From positions 224,001 through 288,000 of the forward strand of contig CAWFJJ010000005.1 of NCBI GenBank assembly GCA_963816185.1: a stretch of DNA of 64,000 bases, written 5' to 3'. This document shows positions 21,458-30,414 of the stretch, in pieces; the first letter of the stretch is position 1, and each line of letters opens with the position of its first letter. Both the position numbers and the translations under genes were made by a program. The notes below the pieces were generated by a model. It did no database searches and was not told the origin of the DNA. It saw nothing but the letters and a program-made list of their open reading frames with translations. This DNA comes from Thermoanaerobaculia bacterium (lineage in GTDB: Bacteria; Acidobacteriota; Thermoanaerobaculia; UBA5066).

Positions 21458-24211
21458 ATGAAGAGACTCGCCGTCGTTCTCGCCCTGCTCCTCCCGGCGG
21501 CCGGTCTGGCTCAGCTCCCGCCGGTCATCAAGTACACCATCCCAGGCGTCGTGAATGCTGGCGGCCTGAACAACACCCGATTCGTGTCCGATCTCGCACT
21601 CACGAACCCGGGCTCGTCTTCGGCAAACCTGCTCCTTTCGTTCGTGCCGGAAGAAGACCTCGACGATCTCGAGGTCAGCCTGTCCGGGGGGAAGACGATC
21701 GTGTGGCGAAACGTCCTCCAGCAGCTCTGGGGCGGTGCCGAGACCGCCGGCGCGGTCGTCGTCAGGTCCGACCAGCCGCTCCTCGTCCGGGCGCGGACCT
21801 ACAACACGGCCGCGGGCGGCACCTACGGCGTCGCGCTGCCCGTCTACGATTCGGACCGCTTCATCTCGCCGGGAGCGGGCGCGCACAGCCTCTGGGTGAG
21901 CCAGAGCGCCGACTCGAAGGCCGGCTACCGGACGAACATCGCCGTTCTCTTCCCCGACGCCGACGGTGGCGCAGCGACCGTGATCGTGTTCGACGCCGAC
22001 GGCAGGTCCCTGGGCCAGCAGGACTATTCGCTGTCTTCGGCCGGATTCCAGCAGTTCGGCGTCGGGAGCTTCGCGGGCGCCGCGCCGGTCGCGCGGGCCG
22101 AGATCCAGGTGGGCCGCGGGCACGCCGCCGGCTACTCCGTCGTCGTGGACAACGTCACGGGCGACAGCTCGCTCTTCACGTTCGAGCCGCTCCCGGCCGG
22201 GGCACAGGACGTCCTCGTCAACGGTGTGGCGCGTGCGAACGGACGCAACAGCACGTTCTTTCGGACAGACGGGCGCTTCTTCAACCCGGGCGAGACCGAC
22301 GCGACGGTGACGGTCACGTTTCACGCGAACCAGACCAGCAACCCCTCGCCGGTCACGCGCGACTTCGTCATTCCCGCAGGGAAGATCCGGGACATCGTCG
22401 ACGTCCTCGACTCCCTGCTGGGCCTGCCGGTGGGCTCGGCCGGGGCCTTGCGGTTCACGTCCGACTCCGCGGTCGCGATCCTCTGCCGGACGAGCAATGT
22501 CGATCCGGCGGGCGTCAAGCCGGGCACCTTCGGCGCGCAGCAGAAGCCCACGCCGGTTCTCTCGTTCCTGATGTCGGCCGACACGGGGGCGGTCGTCACG
22601 GGCATTCGTCAGAACGCGACGTTCCGGACGAACATCGGCTTTGCCGCGGGCGCGGACGGTGCCATGTACTCCCTGACACTCAAGCATCCGTCTGGTGCGA
22701 CGGTCGCCACCGCGTCCGGCTCTCTCGGAGCCTTCGGCTGGATGCAGCCGAACGTCGCGGACCTCTTCCCGGGGACGACGATTCCCGAGGACGCGACGCT
22801 TCTCGTACGGGTCACCTCCGGAAGCGTCGACGTGTTCGATTCCTCGATCGACAACGCCTCCGGAGACCCGGTCGTCACTCCGATCGTGCCTCTGCCCGCG
22901 GACATCCCTTCCGCAGCGACGATAGGGCCTGAAGGGGGGAGCGTGAGATCCGACGATGGCCGGCTGACCGTCAAGGTCCCCGCCGGGGCGCTCTCCTCGT
23001 CGGCGAGCGTCGGTCTCCAGACCGCTCCGAACACCGCGCCCAATGGTGTCGGGTCCGGGTACTCGCTTACCGTCGGCGGCGCGTCCTTCGCGAAGGCACC
23101 GCTCGCGTCCCTCCGCTACAGCGCCAGAGACCTCGTCGGCAGCGGCCCGGAACACCTCATGCTGGCCTATCAGTCGGCAGGCACGCTCTACGCTCTAAGA
23201 GGCTCGACCCGCGACACGTCGACGCGGACGCTCTGGACTCCTCTGCTCGGTGCTCCCTTCGGAGCGAAATCGACGCTCTCGAAAGGATCGAGGGAGACCC
23301 TGACGAAGGACTCGGGAGCGGCTATCGCCCCGATCCTGGACTTCACGATCACTCCGGGGAAGGCCGGAGTGCTCAGCGGGAGGTCCGTCCAATTCAAGTT
23401 GACGGGGACCCATGTTCTCAGCGATGGGACGCTCGCACCCGTGGACTTGACGACCGGCACCACGTGGGAGCTTCAACCTTCGGGAGCGCCGGGGAATCTT
23501 CTCGCCCTTGGTGATACTGCAACGTACGTGGCACCTCAGGCGGTGAGCTGTGTGCAGCCCCTCAAGGTGGTCTTCCACCGCAACATCGATGGGATGAACT
23601 ACGTCGGCTGGGCCGAGATCACCCTCCTTCCGCGCGTGTGGGAGCTTCTCGCGAGCGCGGTGGTGAGGGCCGACCATTGCAAGGTCGCGGGTAATTCCCC
23701 GAGCTTCACATTGATGACGGACCTGATGAGAATGGAGATGACTCTGATCGAGACGGCTGATGGTTTCCAGTTCACGGAGGGAATACAGGCATCGATCGTC
23801 AGCAAAGGATCGTATGCATCGGATTTCCTCTGTCCGTCGAAAGGCTGCGCAAATTTCTGGAAGGCTGAACCGAAGACCGACTTGAATTTCTATGGCGGAG
23901 TCCTGGCCGACGGCGGGTGGGACAACACCGCCGGCACCTTCCTTATGCGGAATTTTGGTCTGGTCCTCGGCGGCGGGATACAGTATGAATGGGGTTATTG
24001 TCAGGGGGGCTTTGGGAGGGGAATGCTGCCGGGGATGGGCGGCCTGGAAAATTTGGGAGTCAGCTTCTCTCCTCCCGACCCGAATGGCGACTGCAAGACG
24101 GAAATGAAGCTTACGTGGCAGGACTATCGGGATTTGCTAGGTGTGCCCGTCACGAAGAAGGACGTGTACTACGGGACCGAATACCTCCTAGTTCTGGAAC
24201 CGAGCGATTGA
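21458..24211 (+). CDS. Large secreted/surface protein with two repeated beta-rich modules, a ZU5-like domain and a divergent C-terminus
   Basis: AGGAG RBS, signal MKRLAVVLALLL; repeats GLNNTRFVSD..NPG and GRNSTFFRTD..NPG, YRTNI/FRTNI; TIGPEGGSVRSDDGRLTVKVPAGAL. Confidence 0.75.
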   Translation: MKRLAVVLALLLPAAGLAQLPPVIKYTIPGVVNAGGLNNTRFVSDLALTNPGSSSANLLLSFVPEEDLDDLEVSLSGGKTIVWRNVLQQLWGGAETAGAVVVRSDQPLLVRARTYNTAAGGTYGVALPVYDSDRFISPGAGAHSLWVSQSADSKAGYRTNIAVLFPDADGGAATVIVFDADGRSLGQQDYSLSSAGFQQFGVGSFAGAAPVARAEIQVGRGHAAGYSVVVDNVTGDSSLFTFEPLPAGAQDVLVNGVARANGRNSTFFRTDGRFFNPGETDATVTVTFHANQTSNPSPVTRDFVIPAGKIRDIVDVLDSLLGLPVGSAGALRFTSDSAVAILCRTSNVDPAGVKPGTFGAQQKPTPVLSFLMSADTGAVVTGIRQNATFRTNIGFAAGADGAMYSLTLKHPSGATVATASGSLGAFGWMQPNVADLFPGTTIPEDATLLVRVTSGSVDVFDSSIDNASGDPVVTPIVPLPADIPSAATIGPEGGSVRSDDGRLTVKVPAGALSSSASVGLQTAPNTAPNGVGSGYSLTVGGASFAKAPLASLRYSARDLVGSGPEHLMLAYQSAGTLYALRGSTRDTSTRTLWTPLLGAPFGAKSTLSKGSRETLTKDSGAAIAPILDFTITPGKAGVLSGRSVQFKLTGTHVLSDGTLAPVDLTTGTTWELQPSGAPGNLLALGDTATYVAPQAVSCVQPLKVVFHRNIDGMNYVGWAEITLLPRVWELLASAVVRADHCKVAGNSPSFTLMTDLMRMEMTLIETADGFQFTEGIQASIVSKGSYASDFLCPSKGCANFWKAEPKTDLNFYGGVLADGGWDNTAGTFLMRNFGLVLGGGIQYEWGYCQGGFGRGMLPGMGGLENLGVSFSPPDPNGDCKTEMKLTWQDYRDLLGVPVTKKDVYYGTEYLLVLEPSD

Positions 24212-24238
24212 CTTCGGCCTGGCGAGGGATCCCGCCCC

Positions 24239-25323
24239 TCACGCCAGCAGCCGAAAGGCGAGCGCGGCCACGAGGCCGGCCACCGGCAGCGTGACGACCC
24301 ACGCGAGAAGCATCTCCCGCACGGTTCGCCAATGGACCTTGCTTTCTCTCGACTCGGCGCCGATCCCGATGATCGCGCCCGAAGACACGTGGGTCGTCGA
24401 GACGGGGACGGCCCAGAGCGAGGCGGCGCTCACGAGCGCCGAGGTCGTGAGGTTCGCGAGCAGCCCGTCGTCGTGCGAGATCCGTGTCACTTTCCTCGCG
24501 AGCGTCTCCGTGACGCGGAAGCCGCCGAGGACGCTGCCGAGACTCATCGCCACGGCGACGAGCGCGTAGAAACCGAAGGAGGAGATGCCGAGTCCCGCCG
24601 TCGCCGGCGATGCCGAGAGCGAGGATCTTCGGCGTGTCGTTGAGGCCGCGGAAGAAGCATGTCGCGCCCGCAGAGGTCCAGTGCAGGGAGTCGAGGAGCC
24701 CTACGCGGACGAGCGTCTCGGGCGGGCAGTCGGAAGCCGCTACCAGGTCCAGGGCGGGCAAGGGAGACGACGAGCGCGGCGCCGACCGAGGCCGGAAGCG
24801 GCTCGCGCCGCTCGACGCAGACGCAGAATGGGTGCGCGCGGCGAAAGACCGGCAGGGCGACGGGCGCGAGAAGGAGCACGAGCGCCAGGGAGATCACGGG
24901 CGAGAGCGCGAGCGGGAGCACGACCTTTCTCGCGACGGCTGCCCACGCGACGCCCGAAGCGCCCACGACGGCGAGGCCCGCGCCGCAAAGGGCGCCGGTC
25001 AGCGCGTGCGTCGTCGAGACGGGAAGCCCCGTGCGGTTCGCGATCAGAAGCCACGCGATCGCGCCGCACGCGACCGAGAGGAGGAACGCGTTTCCCTCGA
25101 ACGGCTTCACGAGGAAGCCCTTGCCGCTGAACGTCGCGACGAGCCCCTGGGAAAGGAACGCGGCCGCGAGGCCTCCCGCGAAGGTCCACGCGGTGCCCCA
25201 AATCACCGCGGCTTGGTACCGCGTCGTGCCCGAGCCGACGAGCGTGGCGATACCCTTCGACACGTCGTTCGCGCCGTTCGCGAACGCGAGACCGAGCGTC
25301 AGGAGCACGAGGACGAGGCCCAT
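24239..25323 (-). CDS. PiT/PHO4-family inorganic phosphate (anion) transporter, frameshifts at about 24760 and 24600
   Basis: GANDVSKGIATLVGSG, PVSTTHA, RGLNDTPK, second PVSTTHV; ATG overlaps the upstream TGA. Confidence 0.88.
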
Positions 25324-27821
25324 CAGCAACAGCCCGTCCCGTCGGTGCCCGGTGCGCAGCACGCATAGCCGGCGCGCTCCTCGCCCGGCTCGAGGATCGC
25401 GAAGAATCCTTTGTACGGGGGATGCGAGAGCTTCGCGACGGTGTCGGTGCACACTTCGTAGGCCTCGTTGCGGGGGAACTGGTGGCCCTCCTCGTCGACG
25501 AACGCCTTGCCCGGCCCGAGGTAAACGGCCCGGTGGCCCTTGAAGACGCAGCCCGAGGTCTTCTCGAACTTGAACCCGCGCACCGTGACTGAAAAGAACG
25601 GATAACCCTCGACGTCCTTCCAGTAGCTCTTCTTCAGGATCTCGAGGCCGTAGAAGCCGGCTCGTTCGAGGCCCGCGAGGAAGCCCTCCTGCGTGAGCGC
25701 GCCGACGAGGCACTCTCCCCAGAGCCGCGGGTTCGTCTTGAGGTGCGGAGGCACGTCCGTCTCCGAGACGATGTCCGAGATCACGATGCGACCGTGATCC
25801 TTCAGGACGCGCCAGATCTCTTCGAACACGCGCGGCTTGTCGGGCGAAAGGTTCACGACGCAGTTCGAGGTGACGAGGTCGACCGTCTTCGATTCCACCG
25901 GAATCTCCTCGAGGAATCCTTCGCGGAACTCGACGACGTCGTACCCGAGCGCCGCGGCAACCTTCGGCTTGTTCTCGTGCGCGACCGACAACATCCGATC
26001 CGTCATGTCGACGCCGATCGCCTTGCCAGTCTTGCCGACGAGTTTCGCCGCGATGAAGACGTCGATGCCGGCCCCGGAGCCGAGGTCGACGACGGTCTCG
26101 CCTTCCCTGATGAGAGCCGTCGTCATGGGCGAGCCGCAGCCGTAGAAGCGGTCGAGGACGTCCTTCGGGATGTGGGAGACGGCGGAGTCGTCGTACTTCG
26201 TCGGGCAGCACAGCTCGGGCTGCGGCGTCTCGGCGGCGGCGCCGTAGAACTCGCGCATCTTCGCGCGCGGCTTGTCGACGTCGAACGAGAGGACGCAGTT
26301 GGAGTGGAGCGTGAGGACGGGTTCCTCGGCGAGCGCCCCGTCGGCGGTTCCGCAGGCGATGGCGCCTTCCCCCATCGCGTGGAGGACGAGCGGCGCGTCG
26401 TACCCGGAGCGCGCGTTCTTTCGCGCGCGCTTCTCGCGGCCGAGCGCCGTCATGACTCTCTTCGTGAGCGCGACGGAAATCGGGTAGTACGGATCGGCAC
26501 CGAGGAAGTCGCCGCCGGAGAAACACCAGGCGTGCTCGAGGTCCCCGCCCCCCGTGAAGAAGCGGAAGGGGTCGGCACTCGCCGCGGGCTTTCGCGCGAG
26601 CGTCGCGCCACGGAGCGTCCGGATGACCGGCGACGTCTCGAGGATTTCCGCGAGGTCCTGCCGCGTCGCGTCGCCGCAGACGAGCGCGGGCTCGTTTGCG
26701 AGAGCCGCCGTCGGGTAGACCACACCGTCCGCGTAGACGCAGATCGAGTCCCAGCCCGCGTTCCCGAGGTCGTACTTGACGCCCGGGACGCCGTTCACAC
26801 GCCGCTTGATCGCCTCGAGGTTGTCGAGCGTCGTTCCCTCGCGTCCCGCGGCGTCCGCGACGGCGAGGACGGCCTTGAGAAGCACGAGGTTCTCGGGGAA
26901 GAAGCCGTTCGCGCTCTCGGCCGCGCGGCCTCGTCTGTGACTCCACATGAGATGCTGGCTCTTCGCACCGACTCGCTTGACGAGAGCCGGGATCTCGGCG
27001 AGCTCGGAAAGGTTCGCTTCGGTCGGGACCGTCGTCAGCGAGACGTCGAAACCCAGATCCGCGAGAAGCTTCGCGCCGTCGAGCGCCTTCACGAAGGTGC
27101 CCGCCCCGCGGACCTCGTCGTTCGTCTCGGGGCTGGCCCCGTCGATCGAAACCTGAAACTTCACGCGGGAGCGGTCGAGGGATTCGAGGCCTTTCTTCGC
27201 GGCGCCCGAAAAGACGGTCGCGTTCGTGAGGATGATCATCTCGGCGCCGTGCGTTCGGGTCGCGCGGTTCGCGAGGTCGAAAAGGTCCCTTCTCAGGAAC
27301 GGCTCGCCGCCCGTGACGTAGAGGCGCTCCATTCCGAGCTGCACCGCGCGGTCGACGAGCCGCACGAGGGCCTCGGGGTCGCTGCCCCGCGAGCCGTCCG
27401 GGCCCGACGAGACGAGGCAGTGCGTGCACGTGAGGTTGCACGCGTTGTTGATGTGCAGCCACAGCTCGCGGAGCCCGGCCGGCTCGATGAGAGCGGCGCG
27501 GCCGGGGTAGGGCTCGCGGACGAACGGGGCGTCCGACAGCAGACCGGCGCGATCGAGGGCGCGGAGGAAGTCGTGCACCTGGAGCCACGCCTTTCCCGCT
27601 TCGAGCTGACGGTCGAAGGCCCATCGTGCGACACAGGTTCCGAATGCGAGAGGTGCGCCGGTCTCCTCGGCCGCGCGGATCGCACGAAGCAGCTCTCCGC
27701 CGCGGGCGTCGACGGCAATCCAGTTGGGCGCCTCGTGGTCGACGGCGTAGAGGATGTCGTCTTCCGTGAACGTGTAGAGCGCGGGGACGTGGAGCGGAGT
27801 CCGCTCCTGAAGAACGGTCAT
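25323..27821 (-). CDS. Radical SAM - As(III) methyltransferase (ArsM/AS3MT-like) fusion protein
   Basis: CNLTCTHC (27417-27440), TGGEPF, TNAT, VSIDG; C-terminal half has LCCP, FYGCGSP, DLGSGAGID, SNCV, WGECL and ends in CC; GGAGG RBS. Confidence 0.88.
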   Translation of the reverse strand: MTVLQERTPLHVPALYTFTEDDILYAVDHEAPNWIAVDARGGELLRAIRAAEETGAPLAFGTCVARWAFDRQLEAGKAWLQVHDFLRALDRAGLLSDAPFVREPYPGRAALIEPAGLRELWLHINNACNLTCTHCLVSSGPDGSRGSDPEALVRLVDRAVQLGMERLYVTGGEPFLRRDLFDLANRATRTHGAEMIILTNATVFSGAAKKGLESLDRSRVKFQVSIDGASPETNDEVRGAGTFVKALDGAKLLADLGFDVSLTTVPTEANLSELAEIPALVKRVGAKSQHLMWSHRRGRAAESANGFFPENLVLLKAVLAVADAAGREGTTLDNLEAIKRRVNGVPGVKYDLGNAGWDSICVYADGVVYPTAALANEPALVCGDATRQDLAEILETSPVIRTLRGATLARKPAASADPFRFFTGGGDLEHAWCFSGGDFLGADPYYPISVALTKRVMTALGREKRARKNARSGYDAPLVLHAMGEGAIACGTADGALAEEPVLTLHSNCVLSFDVDKPRAKMREFYGAAAETPQPELCCPTKYDDSAVSHIPKDVLDRFYGCGSPMTTALIREGETVVDLGSGAGIDVFIAAKLVGKTGKAIGVDMTDRMLSVAHENKPKVAAALGYDVVEFREGFLEEIPVESKTVDLVTSNCVVNLSPDKPRVFEEIWRVLKDHGRIVISDIVSETDVPPHLKTNPRLWGECLVGALTQEGFLAGLERAGFYGLEILKKSYWKDVEGYPFFSVTVRGFKFEKTSGCVFKGHRAVYLGPGKAFVDEEGHQFPRNEAYEVCTDTVAKLSHPPYKGFFAILEPGEERAGYACCAPGTDGTGCC

Positions 27822-27866
27822 CGCCAACCTCCTGGAATTTCGGGTCCCGGGCCGCGGGGAAAGGCG

Positions 27867-28559
27867 TCAGACGGCGGTCGCGGCGGGAGGCGCGCGAGCT
27901 GGCGAGACCGGGCGGGGCGCGTGCGTTCGCGCCAGGCGAACGCGCGCAGGAGCTTCCGGGACCGGGCGCAGCGAGTCGAGAAGCGCTGCGAGCTCTGGGT
28001 CGAGGCTCGGCTCCGACGCGAGGAAGGCGAGGTCGGACGGGCTGTCGACGTCTGCAAGCACGTCCAGAAGAGCCGCGTCGGGAGCGTTACGAACGAGAGC
28101 CGAAAAAACGTCCGCCGTTCGCCACGTCACCTTGTCGAACAGCTCCGAGAGGTTCGTCCCCACCCGAGACCCGATCAGCCAGACGCCGCCGTCCGGCGAC
28201 GGGCCGAGAACGACGTCCCGCGTCTCGAGAGCGTGGAAAGCGGCGGAGAGCTGCGTCCCGGAGAGGCCGGGCACGTCTCCGGGGACGGCGACGATCTCGG
28301 CGTAGCCCGCGGCACGCGCGTCCTCGAACGCGTTCCTCAGTCGCTCGCCGAATCCAAGGCCGCGCTGCGGCAGAATCCGCGCCGCTTCCGGCGCCGAGGC
28401 GGCGCTCGCGCAAATCAGGTCGACGCCGAGAGCTCGTGCCGCTGCGGCCACGCGCTGGATCGAGAACGCGAACAGCAGGCCGCCCCCCGGCATGCTCTTC
28501 ACGGCCCCCTCCTGGAGAGGTGATCTCGAGAACAGCAGGATGCAGCGGGACCCTCTCAC
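27867..28559 (-). CDS. DUF2064 / TIGR04282-like (CofC-related GT-A fold) transferase with C-terminal RAPP tail
   Basis: PQRGLGFGERL, VPGDVP, VVLGPSPDGGVWLIG, LADVD; tail ...PARAPPAATAV*. Confidence 0.82.
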   Translation of the reverse strand: MRGSRCILLFSRSPLQEGAVKSMPGGGLLFAFSIQRVAAAARALGVDLICASAASAPEAARILPQRGLGFGERLRNAFEDARAAGYAEIVAVPGDVPGLSGTQLSAAFHALETRDVVLGPSPDGGVWLIGSRVGTNLSELFDKVTWRTADVFSALVRNAPDAALLDVLADVDSPSDLAFLASEPSLDPELAALLDSLRPVPEAPARVRLARTHAPRPVSPARAPPAATAV

Positions 28560-28634
28560 GTGCCTGACTTCTGAATGCTAATACGGCCCGCCGACATTCC
28601 CCGGATCCGCTTCCGGAGAACGTTTTGTGGATTC

Positions 28635-28660
28635 TGAAACCTTTTCGGGCTGTTTGCGTC
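28635..28660 (+). promoter_or_regulatory. Candidate ECF-sigma promoter
   Basis: TGAAAC-16 nt-CGTC, upstream of the ORF at 28713. Confidence 0.5.
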
Positions 28661-28712
28661 TTCTTACTTGAAGCGTGGCCCCCGGGGGCGGAAAAAGGTG
28701 AACGAGGGGATC

Positions 28713-28979
28713 ATGGAATCGGCCGTAGAACTTCACGAGGCGAGAGTCCTGAGGGCAGGAATCGAAATGCGAGAGGCGGAATTGGCTTCCCTTCGCGGCG
28801 ATGCTCCCTCGGCCGACGGCGCGCGGCGCGCCGAAGAGGTCACGAGAGAGATCGAGCGCCTCAAGGACGACTATCGCCGGGTCCTTGCGCGCCAGGCCGA
28901 CGAGGACTATTGCCGCCGCCGCACGGAATGGCGCGCCCAGCAGGGCGGCCGCGGCCGGCGCACCAGCGCCTGCGCCTGA
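28713..28979 (+). CDS. Small coiled-coil hypothetical protein
   Basis: GAGGGG RBS, 88 codons, charged helical pattern, upstream promoter motif. Confidence 0.55.
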   Translation: MESAVELHEARVLRAGIEMREAELASLRGDAPSADGARRAEEVTREIERLKDDYRRVLARQADEDYCRRRTEWRAQQGGRGRRTSACA

Positions 28980-28983
28980 CGCG

Positions 28984-29442
28984 CTACTTCCTCGAGATGT
29001 CGAAGCTGATCTTGATCGTCCTTGCGACCTTGTAGTCGTTCGTGACCATCTTCACGAACATCATGTTCGTGTCGTCGAGCTTGCCCTTGTCGAGCGTGGC
29101 CGTGCGGTCGTTCTCCCCGAAGGGCTTGCCGTCCCTGCCACCGGGAATGGTGACGACGTACTTGCACTTGTAATCCTTGTCACGGTCCCGGTTCGAGTAG
29201 TGAAACTCCACCACCATCGTGTGCGTGTCTTTCAGGTCCTTCTCGGCCTTGTGGAAGTCGTCCGAGTCCGGCCAGTGCCGGATGCGGAAGGAATCGATCG
29301 TGACGTCGCCGACCTTGATTCCGACCTTGATGTCCTTGTCGCCCGTGAAGGGATAGCTGCGCTCGAATTTTCCCGTCTGGGCGTAACCCGGCGAGGGCAG
29401 TAGGAGCGCTGCGGCGAGAGCGGCGAGGCCGAACCGGTTCAT
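28984..29442 (-). CDS. Secreted hypothetical protein
   Basis: GGAGG RBS, signal peptide MNRFGLAALAAALLL, host-like codon usage. Confidence 0.75.
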   Translation of the reverse strand: MNRFGLAALAAALLLPSPGYAQTGKFERSYPFTGDKDIKVGIKVGDVTIDSFRIRHWPDSDDFHKAEKDLKDTHTMVVEFHYSNRDRDKDYKCKYVVTIPGGRDGKPFGENDRTATLDKGKLDDTNMMFVKMVTNDYKVARTIKISFDISRK

Positions 29443-29466
29443 GAGGGACCTCCGTGGGCGCGGATC

Positions 29467-30378
29467 TTAGCGCCCGCCGCCGAGGGATTCGTAGACCGTG
29501 AGGAGCGCCTGGGTGCCGTCCTCGGAGCGGCCTGAGGCCTCGAGCGCCGCCAGGAGCTGATGGACGAGAGCCGTGCCGGGGAGGGGGATCCCCCGTGCGC
29601 GGGCCGACTTCAGGACGATCGCGAGGTCCTTCTGCTGGTGCTTGACCGCGAAGGCGGGCTTGAAATCGCGGTCGATCATCTTCTTTCCGAGGACCTCGAG
29701 CGCCCAGGAGTTGGCGGCGCCCGAAGTGAGAGCTTCGTGGAGCTTCGCCAGAGGAAGGCCGCTCTTCGCGGCGAAGGCGAGTGCCTCCGAGACTCCCATG
29801 AGGTTGTTCGCCACAAGGATCTGGTTCGCCGCCTTGCCGAGCTGGCCGGCGCCCGAGGGTCCGAGCGCCGTCAGGCGGCGGCCCATCGCCTCGAAAACGG
29901 GCCGCGCCTTCTCGAGCGCCGCGACGTCTCCGCCGACGAAGAACGTGAGAGTCCCCTCGATCGCGCCCTTTTGTCCGCCCGACACCGGCGCATCCAGGAA
30001 GGGGATGCCTTTTTCCAGGAGCCGCGCCGCGATCGCGCGCGCGGCCTCTGCGGCGATCGTCGAGCAGTCGACGGCGATCGCGCCCTTTCGCGCGCCTTGA
30101 GCGGTGCCGGACGTGCCGAGGTGGACGTCCTCGACCTCGGGCGCATCCGGGACGCACGAGACGATGACGTCGGCGCCCTCCGCGGCGGCGGCCGGTGTTT
30201 CCGCGGCACGCGCCTCGTGCCCCTCCGCCGAGAGAGCGCGCGCGAACGCTTCCGCTTTCCCGGGAGTCCGCGTCGCGACGGCGAGCGGGAAGCCGGCCTT
30301 CGCGAGGTTCCGGGCCATGCCCTGGCCCATCGTGCCGAGTCCGATGAAGGCGACGTGCAAACGAGAGGGTTCACTCAT
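29467..30378 (-). CDS. NAD(P)-dependent beta-hydroxyacid dehydrogenase (3-hydroxyisobutyrate dehydrogenase/GarR-like)
   Basis: FIGLGTMGQGMA, FLDAPVSGG, GAGQLGKAANQ, KDL. Confidence 0.92.
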   Translation of the reverse strand: MSEPSRLHVAFIGLGTMGQGMARNLAKAGFPLAVATRTPGKAEAFARALSAEGHEARAAETPAAAAEGADVIVSCVPDAPEVEDVHLGTSGTAQGARKGAIAVDCSTIAAEAARAIAARLLEKGIPFLDAPVSGGQKGAIEGTLTFFVGGDVAALEKARPVFEAMGRRLTALGPSGAGQLGKAANQILVANNLMGVSEALAFAAKSGLPLAKLHEALTSGAANSWALEVLGKKMIDRDFKPAFAVKHQQKDLAIVLKSARARGIPLPGTALVHQLLAALEASGRSEDGTQALLTVYESLGGGR

Positions 30379-30414
30379 GGTGGAAATGAGTTTAGTTCCT
30401 GCTACCATTTCCCC

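Noticed and set aside
25323-25331. TGA after the terminal CC of the radical SAM fusion as a selenocysteine codon
   Set aside because: It overlaps the PiT start codon (TGATG), a standard coupling arrangement, and no SECIS-like hairpin was evident
24544-27624. 1026-aa ORF suggesting a giant fusion with the PiT transporter
   Set aside because: Only the part from ATG 25323 is PiT-like; the upstream part is an off-frame shadow of the radical SAM gene
28713-28979. Small ORF as a RiPP precursor for the RRE-like radical SAM enzyme
   Set aside because: Divergently transcribed with its own promoter motif, coiled-coil character, no leader/core pattern; the fused As-methyltransferase points to a small-molecule substrate
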